Shown: positions 1 to 9,800, numbered from the stretch's first letter. The stretch: 32,284 nt of DNA from Candidatus Eiseniibacteriota bacterium (GCA_031366795.1 JANLOX010000249.1:1-32284); one strand, 5' to 3'. The notes: generated by a model from the sequence alone, not told the origin. Translations and numbers: made by a program.

Positions 1-1323
1 CATGAATCCGAACTGACCGACGCGACCGCCGAGGCCGTGGGGCGCGCCTTCGGCACGCTGATCCGGCGCGAGGGCGGCAGCCGCATTGCGCTGGGCCGGG
101 ACGTGCGCCCGAGCAGTGTGCGACTCGCCGCGGCAATCACGCGCGGCGCGCTCGCGGCCGGGGTCGACGTGGAATCGGTCGGACTCGTGCCGACCCCTGC
201 GCTTTACTACGCCGTCGTGGCGCGCGGGTTGGATGGCGGCCTGCAGGTCACGGGCAGCCACAACCCGCCCGAGTTCAATGGGTTCAAGATGGCGCGCCTC
301 GATCGCCCGGTGTTTGGTCCCGACATCCAGGCGATGCGCGGCTGGATCGAGGCTCAAGACTTCGAGCGCGGCGGGGGAGTAGCCACCGAGCGCCCGATCC
401 TCGACGACTACCGCGACATGCTGGTTACGCGGCTCAAGAGCCCCAAGGGGCTCAAGGTCGTGATGGACTGCGGCAACGGTTGCGCGGGCACCGTTGTCCC
501 CCAAGTGTTCGAACGCATGGGGCACACCGTGATTCCGCTGTACGCGGAGCTCGATGGCAACTTCCCCAATCACCTGGCGGATCCCACCGTGCCCAGGTTG
601 CTCACCGACCTGATCGCCGAAGTCCGGCGCACGGGCGCCGATCTGGGGATCGGCTTCGACGGCGACGCAGATCGCATCGGCGCCGTCGATTCGGGCGGGC
701 GCATCGTGTTCGGCGACCAGTTGCTCGCGCTGTTCGCGCGCGACGTCCTGCAGCGTGTGCCGGGCGCCGAAATCCTGTTCGACGTCAAGTGCTCGCAGGG
801 CCTCGCCGAGGACATCCTCGCGCACGGCGGCAGGCCCTCGATGTGGAAGACCGGGCACTCATTGCTCAAGCGCCGCCTGAAGGAAACCGGAGCACCCCTG
901 GCCGGCGAGATGTCGGGGCACATGTTCTTCTCCGAGGGCTACTTCGGCTTCGACGACGCACTGTTCGCCGCGGGACGGCTGCTGCGCTACGTGGCGGCTT
1001 CGGGCCACAGCTTCGACGCGCTCGTTCAGTCGATCCCAAGCTATTTCTCGACACCCGAGATCCGGCTCGATTGCCCCGAGGAGCGCAAATTCGAGGTGGT
1101 GGAGACGCTCAAGCGTCAGTTCGCTGACCGCTACAATGTGATCGACATCGACGGTGTGCGTGTCGAATTCGGCGATGGCTGGGGATTGGCGCGCGCCTCG
1201 AACACGCAAGCCGTGATCGTGGTGCGCTTCGAGGCCCGCAGCGAGGAACGGTTGGCGCAGATTCAGGCGCTGTTCCTCGAACCGCTGAAGCGGTTGGGTG
1301 TGGGCTCGGCGCACGCGCACTGA
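1..1323 (+). CDS. Phosphomannomutase/phosphoglucomutase (alpha-D-phosphohexomutase), 5' end outside window
   Basis: Frame is open from base 1 (HESELTDATAEAVGRAFGT...). Motifs: catalytic TGSHNP, metal-binding FDGDADR, sugar-binding GEMSGH, phosphate-binding RASNT. Stop overlaps the next start (TGATG). Confidence 0.95.
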   Translation, partial: HESELTDATAEAVGRAFGTLIRREGGSRIALGRDVRPSSVRLAAAITRGALAAGVDVESVGLVPTPALYYAVVARGLDGGLQVTGSHNPPEFNGFKMARLDRPVFGPDIQAMRGWIEAQDFERGGGVATERPILDDYRDMLVTRLKSPKGLKVVMDCGNGCAGTVVPQVFERMGHTVIPLYAELDGNFPNHLADPTVPRLLTDLIAEVRRTGADLGIGFDGDADRIGAVDSGGRIVFGDQLLALFARDVLQRVPGAEILFDVKCSQGLAEDILAHGGRPSMWKTGHSLLKRRLKETGAPLAGEMSGHMFFSEGYFGFDDALFAAGRLLRYVAASGHSFDALVQSIPSYFSTPEIRLDCPEERKFEVVETLKRQFADRYNVIDIDGVRVEFGDGWGLARASNTQAVIVVRFEARSEERLAQIQALFLEPLKRLGVGSAHAH

Positions 1324-1898
1324 TGCCGCGCTTGCCGCGAGCGTTCTTCGAGCGCCCAGCACCGGACGTCGCGCGCGACTTGATCGGGAAGGTGCTCGTC
1401 CATCGCACCGCCGCCGGGTTGCGCAGCGGACGCATCGTCGAGGTCGAGGCCTACCGGGGCCGCCAGGACCCCGCGAGCCACGCGTTCCGCGGCCCCACGC
1501 CGCGCAGCGCCGTGATGTTTGGGCTCCCGGGCCACCTCTATGTGTACTTCACCTATGGCATGCACCACTGCGTGAATTTCGTGTGCGAGGCCGAGGGCAG
1601 CGCGGGAGCGGTGCTGGTCCGCGCACTCGAACCCCTGCGCGGCATCGACGCCATGCGGCGCTCGCGGGGGACGTCCGAATTCGCGCGACTGGCGCGGGGG
1701 CCTGGCTGCGTGGCGCAGGCGCTGGCGCTCGACCGGCGCCAGGACGGGCTCGACCTGTCGAGCGGCGAGGTTTGGGTGGCGAGCACCACACGGCCACCGT
1801 ATGCCGCCCGTATCCTGCGCGGTCAACGGATCGGGATCCGCGTCGGGGTGGAGCGTCCCTGGCGCTTCTGGGTCGCCGGTCACCCCTGTGTCTCGTGA
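1323..1898 (+). CDS. mpg: DNA-3-methyladenine glycosylase (Mpg/AAG family)
   Basis: Family motifs GRIVEVEAY, DPASH, YVYFTYGMHHC.N, AVLVRALEP, GPG, RIGI and PWRF. Confidence 0.93.
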   Translation: MPRLPRAFFERPAPDVARDLIGKVLVHRTAAGLRSGRIVEVEAYRGRQDPASHAFRGPTPRSAVMFGLPGHLYVYFTYGMHHCVNFVCEAEGSAGAVLVRALEPLRGIDAMRRSRGTSEFARLARGPGCVAQALALDRRQDGLDLSSGEVWVASTTRPPYAARILRGQRIGIRVGVERPWRFWVAGHPCVS

Positions 1899-1925
1899 CG
1901 GCGGATCGCCGCAGGGCGTTCCGCG

Positions 1926-1954
1926 TTGACAGCCGCGTGACGCATTCCTAGTAT
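1926..1954 (+). promoter_or_regulatory. Putative sigma70 promoter for the beta-barrel gene
   Basis: TTGACA (1926-1931), 17-nt spacer, TAGTAT (1949-1954) in the intergenic region. Confidence 0.65.
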
Positions 1955-2072
1955 CCGCGCTCGAGCATCGCGCACCTCGTTGACCGCGCTGCGATTCGCC
2001 TCAGGCGTCGAGGCATGTTCTTCCGCTCTGCGGTCACTCGACAGATTCGGGATTAGCCCAAAAGGAGTACGC

Positions 2073-3704
2073 ATGGACCCGAAGCGCTGGGTTCGTAGTT
2101 TTGTTGGGATCCTTGCCGTGTGTTCGGCCATTGTCGCCGCGGCGCCCGCGCACGCGCAGTTTTACGATGACACCCGCCGCTCGCTCGACCTGGGCCCCGA
2201 TCCGCTCGCGCGCAGTCCGCGCATGGTCGGTATGGGTGGCCTGTCGCTGGCGCTCGAGGACGTCCATCGCCGCTATGATGTGTGGGAGTTCAGCGCCAAT
2301 CCGGCGGCGCTGATGCAGTCCGACACGGTCTCCAGCTTCGAATTGTACCCGGGCACCACCGCGCGCAACACGCTGCACGACGAGCCGGTGGGTGAGAGCA
2401 CGCGCGAGCGGCAGGACTTCGCCCTGCGCGAGTTCCGTACGGGCTACGAAGGCTGGCGGCGCAGCAAGGAAGGTGCATCGTTCGGGGTGACGGGCGATTT
2501 TAACCGCCTGCGCACCGACACGCCCCAGGCTACGAACGCCGAATTGCGCTCGCAGTTCTCGATGCCGCGCACCTCCCTCGTGATCTCCGGCCGCATGCCC
2601 TTCATCATGCCCCAGCGCCTGAGCTACGGACTGATGTTCACGCACCGCTACGAGGCCCGCGCCGACGAGACGCACGGGCTATTTTCAAACGCCGTCGGGG
2701 ACTACATCGACAAGAACGGCGTGACGCTGTCGCCAATCCAGGCACTCGATCCCTCGCATTACGGCATCCGCAGCGTCGGCGTGCGGTTCGGCGTGCTGCT
2801 CAGGGCCACGCCCTGGCTCAAGGTTGGCGGCGCCTATGACTACCTGGGCCACTCCATCGAAGGCCGCAACGATGCGGTGCGCAATACCTCCGAGATCCGT
2901 GAGCAGCGCCCCTACGGCACTTACACCGCGAGCGCGGCCGGCCACTTCGCGGGCCTCAAGTTCGTGGGCGATGCGAGCCGTTGGTCCACTGGCAAGACGG
3001 ACCAGACGTGGGTGGTGTCGTACTCCACCGGAACGGGCCAGCCGCCGATCGCGGGGCGCGGGCTGTTCCAGCGCCGCGATGAAACGGGGGGGGAAGTCCG
3101 CGGTCGCGTCAGCTATACGGTCAACGCCGTGACGTTGTCCGCGGGCGGCGGGTCCTACCACCGCGATGTCACCACCACGGCTCCGGCGGCCAACGACCTC
3201 ACGTCGTTCAATCACTTTCTCAATGTGTTGTCGGCCCGCTCGAGTGCCGACTCGCTCAGCTTGCCGGATAGCCTGTTGTCGAACGCCAGCAAGGAGCAGG
3301 GCACCGAATTCGGCTTCGGCGGCGCCTACAAGTTGCCGTGGCGCGCCGCGGTGCTCGGCGCCGAGTACCACACGGCGAACAGCACGCTCGACCAGTTGAT
3401 CGCGGGTCAGGGCCCGCAGCGCCAAGCGACCGACATCCGGATGGGCCTTGAAGTGCCGATGAACGATCGCCTGCAACTGCGCGGCGGATACGACCACCGC
3501 AAGATCGACAACGACAAGCACCTGTCCCAGGATGAGTTTGTCTCGAACGCCGTCACCAGCGGGTTTGGCTACACGCCTCACGCCTCTTCGTGGAGATTCG
3601 ATTTCGGCTACCAGGTGCGTTGGGGGCGAGCTGATTTCGGTGACCCGACGCGCGTGCGGACCAGCGAACAGACTGGGTTGTGCAGGGTTCGCTGGGTCTT
3701 CTAG
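2073..3704 (+). CDS. Outer-membrane beta-barrel protein of unknown function, FadL/PorV-like N-terminus (543 aa)
   Basis: Start moved to ATG 2073 (SD AAAGGAG 2061-2067). Signal peptide ending AHA-Q; motif SPRMVGMGG...NPAAL; alternating amphipathic strands; C-terminal beta-signal VRWVF. Confidence 0.7.
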   Translation: MDPKRWVRSFVGILAVCSAIVAAAPAHAQFYDDTRRSLDLGPDPLARSPRMVGMGGLSLALEDVHRRYDVWEFSANPAALMQSDTVSSFELYPGTTARNTLHDEPVGESTRERQDFALREFRTGYEGWRRSKEGASFGVTGDFNRLRTDTPQATNAELRSQFSMPRTSLVISGRMPFIMPQRLSYGLMFTHRYEARADETHGLFSNAVGDYIDKNGVTLSPIQALDPSHYGIRSVGVRFGVLLRATPWLKVGGAYDYLGHSIEGRNDAVRNTSEIREQRPYGTYTASAAGHFAGLKFVGDASRWSTGKTDQTWVVSYSTGTGQPPIAGRGLFQRRDETGGEVRGRVSYTVNAVTLSAGGGSYHRDVTTTAPAANDLTSFNHFLNVLSARSSADSLSLPDSLLSNASKEQGTEFGFGGAYKLPWRAAVLGAEYHTANSTLDQLIAGQGPQRQATDIRMGLEVPMNDRLQLRGGYDHRKIDNDKHLSQDEFVSNAVTSGFGYTPHASSWRFDFGYQVRWGRADFGDPTRVRTSEQTGLCRVRWVF

Positions 3705-3959
3705 GGGCCCGCCACGATCCGCCTGATCCTTGCGGGGGACCCGTTGCGGGCGAGGAAAGTCCTTGACGTGGCGCCCGAGTCGTGGCAATTATTTATCACG
3801 CGTTTGAGAAGGCCACGGGCGGCCGTCTTGCGCGGTGACGTACCTTCCCGCGGCCCCTGCCTGCCGCCTACCGAACCTCACGGACTGCTCTCCGTCTTGG
3901 TTTCGTTCACCCCCATGGTTCTAAGCCCAGTGCGGGGAATGAGTTGAAGCCCGAATTCC

Positions 3960-3988
3960 TTGACAGCAAACAGTCCCCTTGGCATGTT
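3960..3988 (+). promoter_or_regulatory. Putative sigma70 promoter for the TonB-dependent receptor operon
   Basis: TTGACA (3960-3965), 17-nt spacer ending TGG, then a weak -10 CATGTT (3983-3988), about 65 nt upstream of the proposed start. Confidence 0.4.
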
Positions 3989-4053
3989 ACGGCGATTGTT
4001 CCCGCCATCCCTGCTGGGTACTCGGTTCACCCGCTGACGAGAGGTTGATGAGC

Positions 4054-6807
4054 ATGTGGACGCTTCGCAGAAATTTGATGGGAGCCACCTTGATGGTCCT
4101 TGCCAGCCTGGCATGGGCAGGACTGGCATCGCCCCAGCAGCGCCCCGCGACGGCACCTGCAGCCTCAGCAGGGGCGGCGGCCGGCAAGATCACCGGCCGC
4201 GTCATTGGCGAAGACAAGCAGGGAGTTCCGTTCGTGAACGTCATCGTGCTCGGCACCAAGCAGGGCACCATGACCGACGACAACGGTAACTACTCGATAC
4301 CCGGCGTGCCGGTCGGCACGCAGCAGGTCAAGGCGCAGACGGTGGGCTTCGAACCGATTACCCAGACGGCGCAGGTGAATGCGGGGTCGGGAGCGGTCGT
4401 CAATTTCTCGTTCGGCTCCGCCAAGATCACCAAAACGCTCGAGGAAATCGAAGTGCGCGCCGAGAAGCGCATCGACACCAAGTCGTCCACCACCAAGCAC
4501 AACATCACCGCCGAGAAGTTGCGCGAGTTGCCGGTCGATAACCTGGCCCAGGCGATCGCGACCAAGGCCGGTGTCGTCGCTGCCAGCGACGGTCTGCACT
4601 TCCGCGGCGGCCGCAGCGGCGAGGTCAAGTTCCAGGTCGACGGCGTCGAGGCCAGTGATCCGCTGTTCGGCGGCCAGTCCAACATCGCCTCGTTGTCGGT
4701 CTCGGGCACGGACGTGCTCTCGGGCGGGTTTGATGCCGAGTACGGCAACGCGCTCTCCGGAGTCGTCAGCGTGTCGACCAAGGAAGGCACCGACCGGTTG
4801 TCGGGCGAAGTCCGCTGGGACACCGACCGCTACGGCGACCCCACCAAGACCTTCGACAACTTCGATCGTTTCACCTTTGGCTTCGGTGGACCGACGCCGT
4901 TGAAGAACCTGACCTACTTCGCCACCTACGAAGGCACCTTCAGCGACACTTACCTGCGCAGCACCATGACGCGACCGACGCGCACGCTGTTTGATTTCAT
5001 CTCGCTCGGGAACCGCCAGAACAACGACATCAACACGAACTTGAAGTTCGCCTACCGGCCGAACCCGAAGAACAAGGTCACGATCGAGACCATCAACAAC
5101 CGCACCGTCGACACGCCTTACAACTTCATGTGGAGCCGCAAGGGCTTCGTGCGGGTCACCTACGACACCGTGCGCGTATTCGGCCAGGCCGACAGCTACC
5201 GCCCGCGCTACGGCACCTGGTCGCCGCTGCAGACCGACAGCACATACCAGGCCGAGAACCTGCCCGATCACGTGCCGACGACCGACACGCGCTTCCGCGG
5301 CGTGACCACCGTGTGGACGAACCAGCTGTCCGACAAGAGTGTGTGGTCGACGCGTGCCGCACTCCAGACGTTCAAGACGCTGAACTCGGTGGGTCACAAG
5401 CAGCCGTGGGAGTACGACACCCAGAGCCCGTTCTACTGGAGCGGCAACATTGAGCTCGACAGCGAGAACAACCCGTACTTCGCGACGCATGGTGACTACC
5501 CGCTCTACTCGCGGCGTAACTCGACGGCCTACACGCTCAAGAGCGACTACTCGACGCGTCACTACCGCCAGCACACCATGAAGACGGGCATCGAGCTCAA
5601 GTACAACCGCGTCGAGAACCTGACGCTGACGCTGCCGAACGTCGAGACCAACGGCCTGCCGGGCGGTACGCGCTCCGACTACATCAACTACAACCCGGAA
5701 GGCGCCGCCTACGTCCAGGACCGCTGGGAGTACGAAGGTCTCGTGCTCAACGCCGGCGTGCGCTTCGACGTGTTCAGCCCTGGCGACCAGATCGACCTGT
5801 CCGAGCTCGCGAGCGGTAATCGCTACAAGAAGCAGTTCAGCCCGCGACTTGGCATCGCCTACCCGATTTCCGACAAGGACGTGCTGAGCTTCCACTACGG
5901 CTGGACCTACCAGACGCCGTCGCGCAACTTCATCTTCGAGAACCGCGGCATCGGCACCAGCGTCAACGTGCGTGGCAACCCGGATCTCCAGCCGGAAACG
6001 AACATCGCCTACCAGGCCGGCATGCAGCACCTGTTCTCGCGCGACGTGTCGGGCCAGTTCTCGGTGTTCTTCAAGGACATCTACGGCCTGATCACCACGC
6101 GGCAGGCTCCCGACCCGTTCGGCAACCTGGTCGCGGTCTATTACAACGGTGACTACGCCAGCTCGCGCGGCTTCGAGGCCAGTATCACCAAGAGCTTCAG
6201 CCACAAGTTCTCCGCCGACGTGAACTACACCTACTCGCTGGCGACAGGCGTGGCATCCAACCCGAACGACGCCCTGCAGTTCTTCAATGGTGGCCGGCTC
6301 TACCTGCCGATTTCCGAGCAGGCGCTTAACTGGGACCAGCGCAATACGCTGTCGGTGTCCTCGACGGTCCGCGATCCGGGCAAGTGGGGATTCCGCATGC
6401 TGTGGAGCTACGGCTCGGGCTTCCCGTTCACGCCGTCGTTCCGGGACGACCGCAAGCCGGATCCCAAGCTCGACAACTCGCGCCGCCTGCCTTCGAACGC
6501 CACGCTCACGCTGGACGGTGACAAGTTCTACAAGGTGTGGGGGCAGAACGTGACGGTGTTCTTCGACGCCAGGAACGTCCTGAACCAAACGAACATTCAA
6601 AACCTGAGTCTGGGTTCGTTCCCGAACCCATACGTCGACACCGCAGGCACCGACTACGACATTTATTACACCGAGACCGGACGGGCAGGAGGGGCGTACC
6701 TGCAGGACACGAATGGTGATGGGCTCGCGGATTGGGTTCCACTGCATGACCCGCGGGTGTACGGGGAAGGACGCAATGTCCGCCTCGGAATCAGCGTGAC
6801 CTTCTAG
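4054..6807 (+). CDS. TonB-dependent receptor with N-terminal carboxypeptidase-regulatory-like domain (about 917 aa)
   Basis: Start ATG 4054 (or 4048) after AGAGGT; signal peptide. N-domain GKITGRV...G...TDDNGNYSI..VPVG; TonB-box-like LEEIEVRAE; plug LHFRGGR...VDGV and GGFDAEYGNALSGVV; barrel motifs FSPRLGIAYP and GNPDLQPE; C-terminal GRNVRLGISVTF. Confidence 0.92.
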   Translation: MWTLRRNLMGATLMVLASLAWAGLASPQQRPATAPAASAGAAAGKITGRVIGEDKQGVPFVNVIVLGTKQGTMTDDNGNYSIPGVPVGTQQVKAQTVGFEPITQTAQVNAGSGAVVNFSFGSAKITKTLEEIEVRAEKRIDTKSSTTKHNITAEKLRELPVDNLAQAIATKAGVVAASDGLHFRGGRSGEVKFQVDGVEASDPLFGGQSNIASLSVSGTDVLSGGFDAEYGNALSGVVSVSTKEGTDRLSGEVRWDTDRYGDPTKTFDNFDRFTFGFGGPTPLKNLTYFATYEGTFSDTYLRSTMTRPTRTLFDFISLGNRQNNDINTNLKFAYRPNPKNKVTIETINNRTVDTPYNFMWSRKGFVRVTYDTVRVFGQADSYRPRYGTWSPLQTDSTYQAENLPDHVPTTDTRFRGVTTVWTNQLSDKSVWSTRAALQTFKTLNSVGHKQPWEYDTQSPFYWSGNIELDSENNPYFATHGDYPLYSRRNSTAYTLKSDYSTRHYRQHTMKTGIELKYNRVENLTLTLPNVETNGLPGGTRSDYINYNPEGAAYVQDRWEYEGLVLNAGVRFDVFSPGDQIDLSELASGNRYKKQFSPRLGIAYPISDKDVLSFHYGWTYQTPSRNFIFENRGIGTSVNVRGNPDLQPETNIAYQAGMQHLFSRDVSGQFSVFFKDIYGLITTRQAPDPFGNLVAVYYNGDYASSRGFEASITKSFSHKFSADVNYTYSLATGVASNPNDALQFFNGGRLYLPISEQALNWDQRNTLSVSSTVRDPGKWGFRMLWSYGSGFPFTPSFRDDRKPDPKLDNSRRLPSNATLTLDGDKFYKVWGQNVTVFFDARNVLNQTNIQNLSLGSFPNPYVDTAGTDYDIYYTETGRAGGAYLQDTNGDGLADWVPLHDPRVYGEGRNVRLGISVTF

Positions 6808-6830
6808 CCGGTTTCGGCACGAGGAGACCC

Positions 6831-9800
6831 ATGGACACTTCACTGCAAACGTTCCGGACCGTGAGGACGCCGCGACGGCTCAGGACGCACGCGCTGGCGG
6901 CGTTCGCCTTCGTTGCGGTGCTGGTCGCCGGGCGGCCCGCTGAGGCGCATCTCGACTGGCAGAAGGAAAGCGGTATCGTGACGTTGGACTCCGCCACGGC
7001 GGTCGTGCGCGGCAGCGCCTCGCCGCAGAACTGGCGCTCGGCGAGCCCGCTCGCGGTGCCGGATCGCTTTGGTCCGGGCGCTGTGCTCAGCGTGGGCAAC
7101 ATTCGTATGAAGGTCGTCAACACGGGCACGCTTGGCAATCCGTACGGCAACACCTCGACGGACCCTTCGGCGCAGTGGCCGGGAACCTCCGGTGTCGAGT
7201 ACCTGAACGCCATCCTGTTGTCGGTGGCCGCGGTCAATCCCACGACGACGGATCCCAACTCGATTCGCCGCGTCAGCTATTTCAACGAATGGCGCCCGCC
7301 GACGCTGGAGCCCGTCGACCGCATCTATCGCGCGTTCGACGGTATCATCAACGGCTCGCGCTTCGTCAATGACGACGGTGACCGCGATCGCACCGACCCT
7401 GACCTTCCCCCTAAGATCGACGAGGACTTCCTCGACGGTCGCGACAACGACGGTGACGGCTTGATCGACGAGGACCACGCCGCGGTCGGCCAGCAGGAGT
7501 TCTCGTACGTCATTCGCGACGACACGCGCGAGGCCATCAACACGGTGTTTAACGAGAAGCACGTGCCGCTGGGTCTCCAAGTAAAGGTCCGCGCCTGGGC
7601 CTACTCGATCCAGGGCTTCCAGGACTTCAACGTGTGCGAGTACTCGGTGACCAACGTTTCCGGTCACGTCCTCGACAGTCTGGCGATCGGCTGGCTCGTC
7701 GACATGGACGCAGGCCCCGTCCAGTTGGCGCCGTTCTGGACCGACGACATCGACTTTCCGCAGTACCCGAGCGGCGAATTCACGTACGTCGTCGGTGGCG
7801 CGCCCGGCAACCTCGCCGACCCGGCGCGCAGGCAGCTGCCGCACGATCCTTCGCTCAACAGCCGCTACCCGGCCGATTCGGCGCTCTGCCCGCGCGTACC
7901 GATCCGCGTCAACGCGTTCTCGGTCGCGGACCAGGACGGCGACCTCGGCCGCACCCCGGGCATCGGTACCTTCATGTTGATCGACCACACCGTTGATCCC
8001 ACGGGCGTCAACGGGCCGCGGCGTGTCGGCTTCCGCGCCTTCCGCTCTACCTCGGGTGGTGTCGCGTTTACCCAGGGCGGTTTGCCGCGCACCGACCAGG
8101 AACGCTTCCAGTCGATGCTCTCGACCGAGGGAGTGAACCAGGAGACGGGCTTCATCAACGCCGAGCAGGGTGGCGCGCGCGGCGACTACACCGAGTGGTG
8201 CTCCGTTGGGCCGTGGCGCAACGTGCAGCCCAAGCAGACGGTCACGGCGACCATCGCGTTCGGCGTTCGCCCGGGAACCTCACAACTGGCGAGCGGTTAC
8301 CCGACCGACTACCAGAAGTACTTGAACCACGCGCTCACCGGGGCCGACCTGATGGGCAAGTACCCTTCGCTGGCGAACGCACTGACGGCGCAGGTGGCGT
8401 TCGACGGAATCAATGAGACTCGCGAAGGGTACCCAGAGACGCAGCCGCGCGATGGCACCCCCAACGGCCGTGACTTCCACGGCCGCGAGACCGGGATCAA
8501 GTTGCCGCGTGGGACGCCCCCGCAGACGATCTCCGAAGACTGCTCGGCGGTCGGGCGTGAGCGGCGCGATGTCATCGTCAACGACCGCGAATACACCTGG
8601 TTCGACTTCGACTGCGACTACTGCACGGGCGTCTGGGATGCCACGAGTCAGCGCGGGCTGTTCCACAAGACCTGGAACGCTTCGGCGCCGCCCCCCAATC
8701 CGTCCTCGAACGTGTCGTCGCTGTACAACTTCACGGACAACCCCGAGCGCAAGGTGATTCCGTCTGAGGATCGCGCGATTCGCCTCGCATGGGACAACAT
8801 TTCCGAAACGACGGCGGATCCCAAATCCTTGTGGCTCGACTTCCGCGGCTATAGCGTCTGGAAGGTCGGCGACTGGCTGCGTCCGGTGGGGTCGGCGGGA
8901 CCGAACGAGTCCGACTGGCGGCTGCTCGGCGAATTCCGCATGTTCGATTACTTCCACGGCATCAATCCCGCCGATCTGCCCTACGAACACAACTACGCGC
9001 GTGACGGCACGACCGGCGCCAAGGTGTGCCCGAACGTGTTCATCCCGAACTACTTCGATCCCGACACCAAGCTGTACGGCAAGGCGATTCCCATCTGTCT
9101 CGATCGCTTCGATCTGTGGAACAAGCAGAGCGGAGAGATCCTCAAGCCGGATTGGACGACGCCGTGCGAGAACGACACGGCGGGGGCCGGCCTGGCGCCG
9201 CCGATGGAGATCATCTCCGGCGACCTTGAGTGGGGCGGCCCGATTCCGGGCGGCTCGTACGAGCACGTGTTCAAGGACGCCGGCATTTACACCTACATGT
9301 GCATGCGCCACCCGCTGCGGAACGGGACTGCGAACGACGGGACCATCAACGTGGTGACCGGCGGCGCGGATTCCGCGCTGGTGCAATTGCTCCAGGGAGT
9401 CGACACGCGCACGGGTTCGATCCCGGATGTGTTCAGCCCCTCCTCGGTGAACATTCGTCCCGGCGGCTCGGTCCGATTCGTCAATTTGAGCCAGGAGAAT
9501 CACGCGCTCCAGACGGATCGCCACTGCAAGCTCATCACGGGCGTCATCGTGCACCGCGCCCGGAAGGAGCTGCCGACGAATTTCGACACCCGTATCCGCT
9601 ACCCGATCGGCCGCTACCAGTTCGTCGATCACGAGGTGAAAAACGGGTTCGTCTACTTCTACTCGGTGACCGCCTTCGATTCGACCACCGACAACAGCAT
9701 CACGACCGAGCTCGGCGGCCGGCGCTCGGCGGTGGAAGCCGAAGCTGTCGTGCCCGAGTCGCGCACCGATGCCAACGGCAAGCAGGGCGTCTGGGTCGTC

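Noticed and set aside
1980..2072. Upstream extensions given by the ORF track (1980, 3979, 10187, 12823, 13818, 15967, 17949, 24056, 26906)
   Set aside because: Downstream starts have better SD sequences, signal peptides, stop/start coupling or family N-termini.
3870..3921. Minus-strand GAACCATGGGGGTGAA...GGTAGG resembling part of a c-di-AMP riboswitch; also checked for cobalamin/TPP riboswitches before the receptor
   Set aside because: The 3' conserved block is missing and no minus-strand gene follows. No B12-box or TPP core was recognisable on the plus strand.
4054..4090. Twin-arginine-like words in signal peptides (LRRNLM in the receptor, PRRLR in the giant protein)
   Set aside because: Poor match to S/T-R-R-x-F-L-K; beta-barrels and CTD cargo are normally Sec substrates.
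4165..6843. 892-aa minus-strand ORF, and similar long antisense ORFs at 2685-3788, 6840-7988, 8280-9890, 10184-11137, 11431-12513, 12517-13755, 14312-15949, 21148-22719, 30085-30996 and 30660-31721
   Set aside because: They lie opposite well-supported genes and have no family motifs. Long stop-free antisense frames are expected from high-GC codon bias.
8613..8624. CDYC in the giant protein as a haem c or redox motif
   Set aside because: It is followed by Thr, not His, so it is not CxxCH, and there is no thioredoxin context. Structural disulfides are more likely.
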